From contig OZ316891.1 of the NCBI GenBank assembly GCA_973895155.1, positions 716,143 through 780,142 of the forward strand: a stretch of DNA of 64,000 nt. Direction: 5' to 3'. A model generated the notes under the pieces. That model was not told the DNA's origin. It made no database searches and saw only the letters and a list, made by a program, of their open reading frames with translations. The stretch comes from Marsupella aquatica (Eukaryota > Plantae > Marchantiophyta). Of this stretch, positions 61,571 to 64,000 are shown in pieces. Position 1 is the first letter of the stretch. Each line of letters opens with the position of its first letter. The position numbers and the translations under genes were made by a program.

Positions 61571-64000
61571 GCTTGCTTTGGCAAGGTGGCTTTTGCCAAG
61601 TTTAGTGGACCAGTTTGCATTCCACCATCTTCGGGAGCTGTATCAGCACGCTCAAATCAGCGGAGAGCTATTCACTCGCACCGACTCCTCAACGGACACA
61701 TCGACGAGTGCTCCAGCTTTGTTCCCGGCTGTGCCTGCACGTGCTCAACGGTTTTCTAGGCTAGCGGTGGCGCCGTTTCTCAGATTTTGACGCGGTGGGC
61801 TCTCTCCATAGCTTTCCCTTTCTTTTCACATGTCTTGGTTGGGTCTTTTGTCGCTTCTTGATGCGCTTTTGCTTTTATCGGGTTGCGACCTGTCATGTCT
61901 ACGTTGAGAGTGTTGGCGCGGGGCAAGCGCCCAGCCCCCCCACACAGTTCTCCCCCCTCCTCCCCCCCGCCTCGTGGTCGCCTTCGTGTTTGCTCTTCTT
62001 CATTGGATCTCTCTCATCTTCGTGATGACCCCATGCCCGATGCTCTGCCGGTCCCCCCAGTCTACTGCCCACCCCATCGACGCCCTGGCTCCTCTCCCCA
62101 CCCCATTCCCCCTCCACCCCTCCAGCATCCCCCTCCGGCCTCTTCATCCACGTCGGTTCCCCCCCACCTCCTGTCCAGTCGTTCCCTGCTCCCTCCCCAG
62201 ACGAGCGTCCCCTGCATACTTGTCCTGAGTGTGGCTGGGTTGGCCTCTCCCTTCCTCATCACCGCGGGCGGGGCCGGTGCCAACGTCGCCAGCAAGCACA
62301 ATCCCAGCCCCAGCCCCCTCTTGACCCAGTTAGCTCTGCCCCTCCTTCCTTGGAGGCTTCCGAGCAGGCATGGAGTTGGGTTCACTCTCTAGACCCCCTT
62401 CCAGCCTACCATCTAGGGTACATTAGACCTCGCCTTTATAACCACATCCCACTAGCGTTGCGCCCATTAGTTCGGTCATCCTTGTTGCAACTCATGCAGC
62501 TTATCTTGGCGCATCCTATCGAGGTCTCCTATTGGTCTTTACTCATGCTTTTTCCACAGTGGACTCTTACCCTCCCTAGTCACGGTGGTCGCATGGGTCA
62601 TCGTGAGACTGCCTCTCGTATCCATCGTTTTCTGCGGGGAGATTGGGAACAGCTTCAGGAAGAGTACTTTCTTCGGGCCCGTTCCTTTACTACCCGTGCT
62701 TTGTCTGACCCAGCTCGCCACTCTCATCCTCCAGAGCATAGACGTCTTCGTCGCTCTTGTCGTTTAGCCCAGGCTGGTGAATATCGCCGTGCGGTCCAGG
62801 CCCTTTCTCCCACCACACCAGCCCCCCCTGGCGAGGTCACCTTGACGGCCCTTCAGGATCTCCATCCGCAGCCCTATGATCAGCTCCCTTTGTTCGTGGA
62901 GGATTTTGAGCCTGAGGAGGATCTTCAGTTTAGTAGGGACCACTTCACCTATGCTTTCCTCCATGCTCCGCGTTGCGCGGCTGGTGGCCCCTCTGGCTAT
63001 GTCTTTGAGCATTTTCGTGATTTATTCCCCCCTGAGGATCCTCAGTCTGGTTTTCCAGTTTTCTTCTCCTTTTGCCAGTGTATTGCTGCCGGCCGTTTGC
63101 CTCCTCCCGTCTCTTGGCTTTTGAGTGCTTCTCGTTTATTGGCCATGGCTAAGTCTTCACCGGGTGTTCGGCCCATAGCTATTGGAGAGGTTTTTCTTCG
63201 TCTGGTGTCTCGCACACTTTCATCGTAGTATCGCTCTGCACTATCGGATCATCTCTCTCCACATCAGTTTGCAGTGGGCGTTCCTGGCGGTTGTGAGACA
63301 GTTATTGCGGGTATTCGTACTACCTTGGACCTCCACCCTGATTGGGTTGTCCTCCAGGTTGATGTCTCCAATGCTTTCAATGCGGTTTCTCGGGCAGCAA
63401 TTTTTCGTGCTTTGAGGGCAGCGGATCCAGACATCCAGTCCCTTATCCCCTTTGTCCGTTGTTTTTATGGGTTCGAGGCCCCCCTCTTCTATAGTCATCA
63501 CACCTCTACAGGAGAGTATACTACTCTTTCTTCTGTAGAAGGTACACGTCAGGGTGACCCTTTGGGTGGGCCTCTTTTTGCCATTGCCCATTTTACTGCT
63601 TTACGGGAAGCCTCCGCGGCCCACCCCCAGTGTATCTTCCCCTCCCTTTCAGATGACACCCACATCATTGGTCCACCTGTTGTTGTTACTTCTGCCCTCG
63701 CCACCCTTTCCACCCATTTGTTGGGCCTCGGTTTACGAGTTCAGCCGGTGAAGAGTTGTGCATGGAGTCAAGCTGGGTTACCCTCTGATCTTGCGCTTCC
63801 CCCTGGGTTCTTACGTCCAGCTGACGGTCTTCGGGTCCTTGGCTCCCCAGTTGGTACCGCCTCCTTTTGCTCATCTTTCATTGCTGACGCTCTCTAGGCT
63901 GCCTTAGCCCCTACTCCTATGCTCCCTAAGTTAGCAAACTCTCAGGCAGCATTTGGGTTGTTGTTGAGATGCATCCACCCTCGTGCGTCCTATATGGCTC
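61571..64000 (+). mobile_element. CRE/SLACS-clade non-LTR retrotransposon, inactivated, running off the window end
   Basis: 62350-63897 is one frame broken by TAG at 63226 and 63895; motifs LQDLHP, AAGGPSG, GVRPIAIGEVFLRL, PHQFAVGVPGGCE, QVDVSNAFN, GTRQGDPLGGPLF, LSDD, GLRVLGSPVG are typical of CRE-type RT; degenerate Cys-rich and Pro-rich N-terminal region. Confidence 0.88.

Overview
Repeat-rich eukaryotic nuclear DNA from a land plant. A three-exon SSNA1/DIP13 gene points to a lineage with flagellated sperm (bryophyte, lycophyte or fern; inference). Three spliced host-type genes were reconstructed by hand: a 5'-only TMEM184/DUF300 fragment (9.0-10.2 kb), a RAB6-interacting-golgin/DUF662-like gene (20.1-22.2 kb) and SSNA1 (44.0-45.3 kb, absent from the ORF track). 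Between 25 and 55 kb lies a patch of intronless, microbial-looking or atypical genes. (i) A tandem triplication of a fungal-type gene with an F-box-like N-terminus: copies B and C differ at 18 sites in residues 121-220, all non-synonymous, and are almost identical elsewhere. (ii) A secreted GH18 of the microbial CTS3/ENGase-like type. (iii) An intronless, plastid-targeted beta-alpha terpene synthase with DDxxE. Mobile DNA comprises a full-length degenerate Ty1/copia (5-bp TSD, empty site visible in the sister repeat, MITE nested in RT), two Mutator-like foldbacks, a tRNA-derived SINE, an L1 fragment and a CRE-clade non-LTR element directly preceded by the same tRNA-like SINE head. The first ~1.4 kb is compositionally alien (very AT-rich, poly-Asn/SQ coding frame). 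All family assignments come from motif recognition; no database search was run.
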